From Lama guanicoe (lineage: Eukaryota), in assembly GCA_013239625.1 (NCBI GenBank), contig MU054187.1, positions 15,516,941 through 15,580,940 on the forward strand: DNA of 64,000 bases, in the 5' to 3' direction. The translations under genes were made by a program, and so were the position numbers. Positions within the stretch are counted from its first letter, which is position 1. Each line of letters opens with the position of its first letter. This document shows positions 63,989 to 64,000 of the stretch, in pieces. Below the pieces are notes generated by a model. That model had not been told where the DNA came from. It did not search any database and saw only the letters and a list, made by a program, of their open reading frames with translations.

Positions 63989-64000
63989 GTCCGTCCATCC
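63848..64000. repeat. Compound (TCCA)n/(TCTA)n/(TCTG)n tetranucleotide microsatellite
   Basis: Seen directly; runs to the window end. Confidence 0.95.

Noticed and set aside
1..64000. CRISPR arrays, operons, rRNA/tRNA, NUMT, intact provirus or full-length L1
   Set aside because: No repeat-spacer periodicity, no gene-dense segment, no recognisable structural RNA or mitochondrial sequence; all LTRs are solo and all L1s truncated.

Overview
AT-rich, CpG-poor mammalian genomic DNA with no recognisable protein-coding exon, RNA gene, CpG island or prokaryotic feature. It looks like a gene desert or the interior of a long intron. Much of it is transposable-element debris: ancient eutherian L1MC/L1ME, L2, MIR, MaLR/ERVL/ERV1 solo LTRs and hAT/Tigger DNA transposons, plus several younger L1 insertions with intact target-site duplications (TSDs). 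The young L1 3' ends and the absence of Alu, Bov-tA/BovB, PRE-1, CHR-2 and SINEC point to a camelid genome (inference from recalled consensus sequences). The only protein-like ORFs are L1 ORF2 fragments, and by hand I also read a decayed hAT transposase C-terminus. I found no convincing novel biological system. The best leads are a 5'-inverted L1, a TSD-bounded L1 whose tail became a long purine microsatellite with a possible 3' transduction, motif-dense non-repeat blocks that may be enhancers, a 27-nt microexon candidate, an unexplained CpG-retaining 250-bp patch, and several short perfect inverted repeats. All repeat family names are by-eye recognitions and old-repeat boundaries are approximate; RepeatMasker/Dfam should confirm them.
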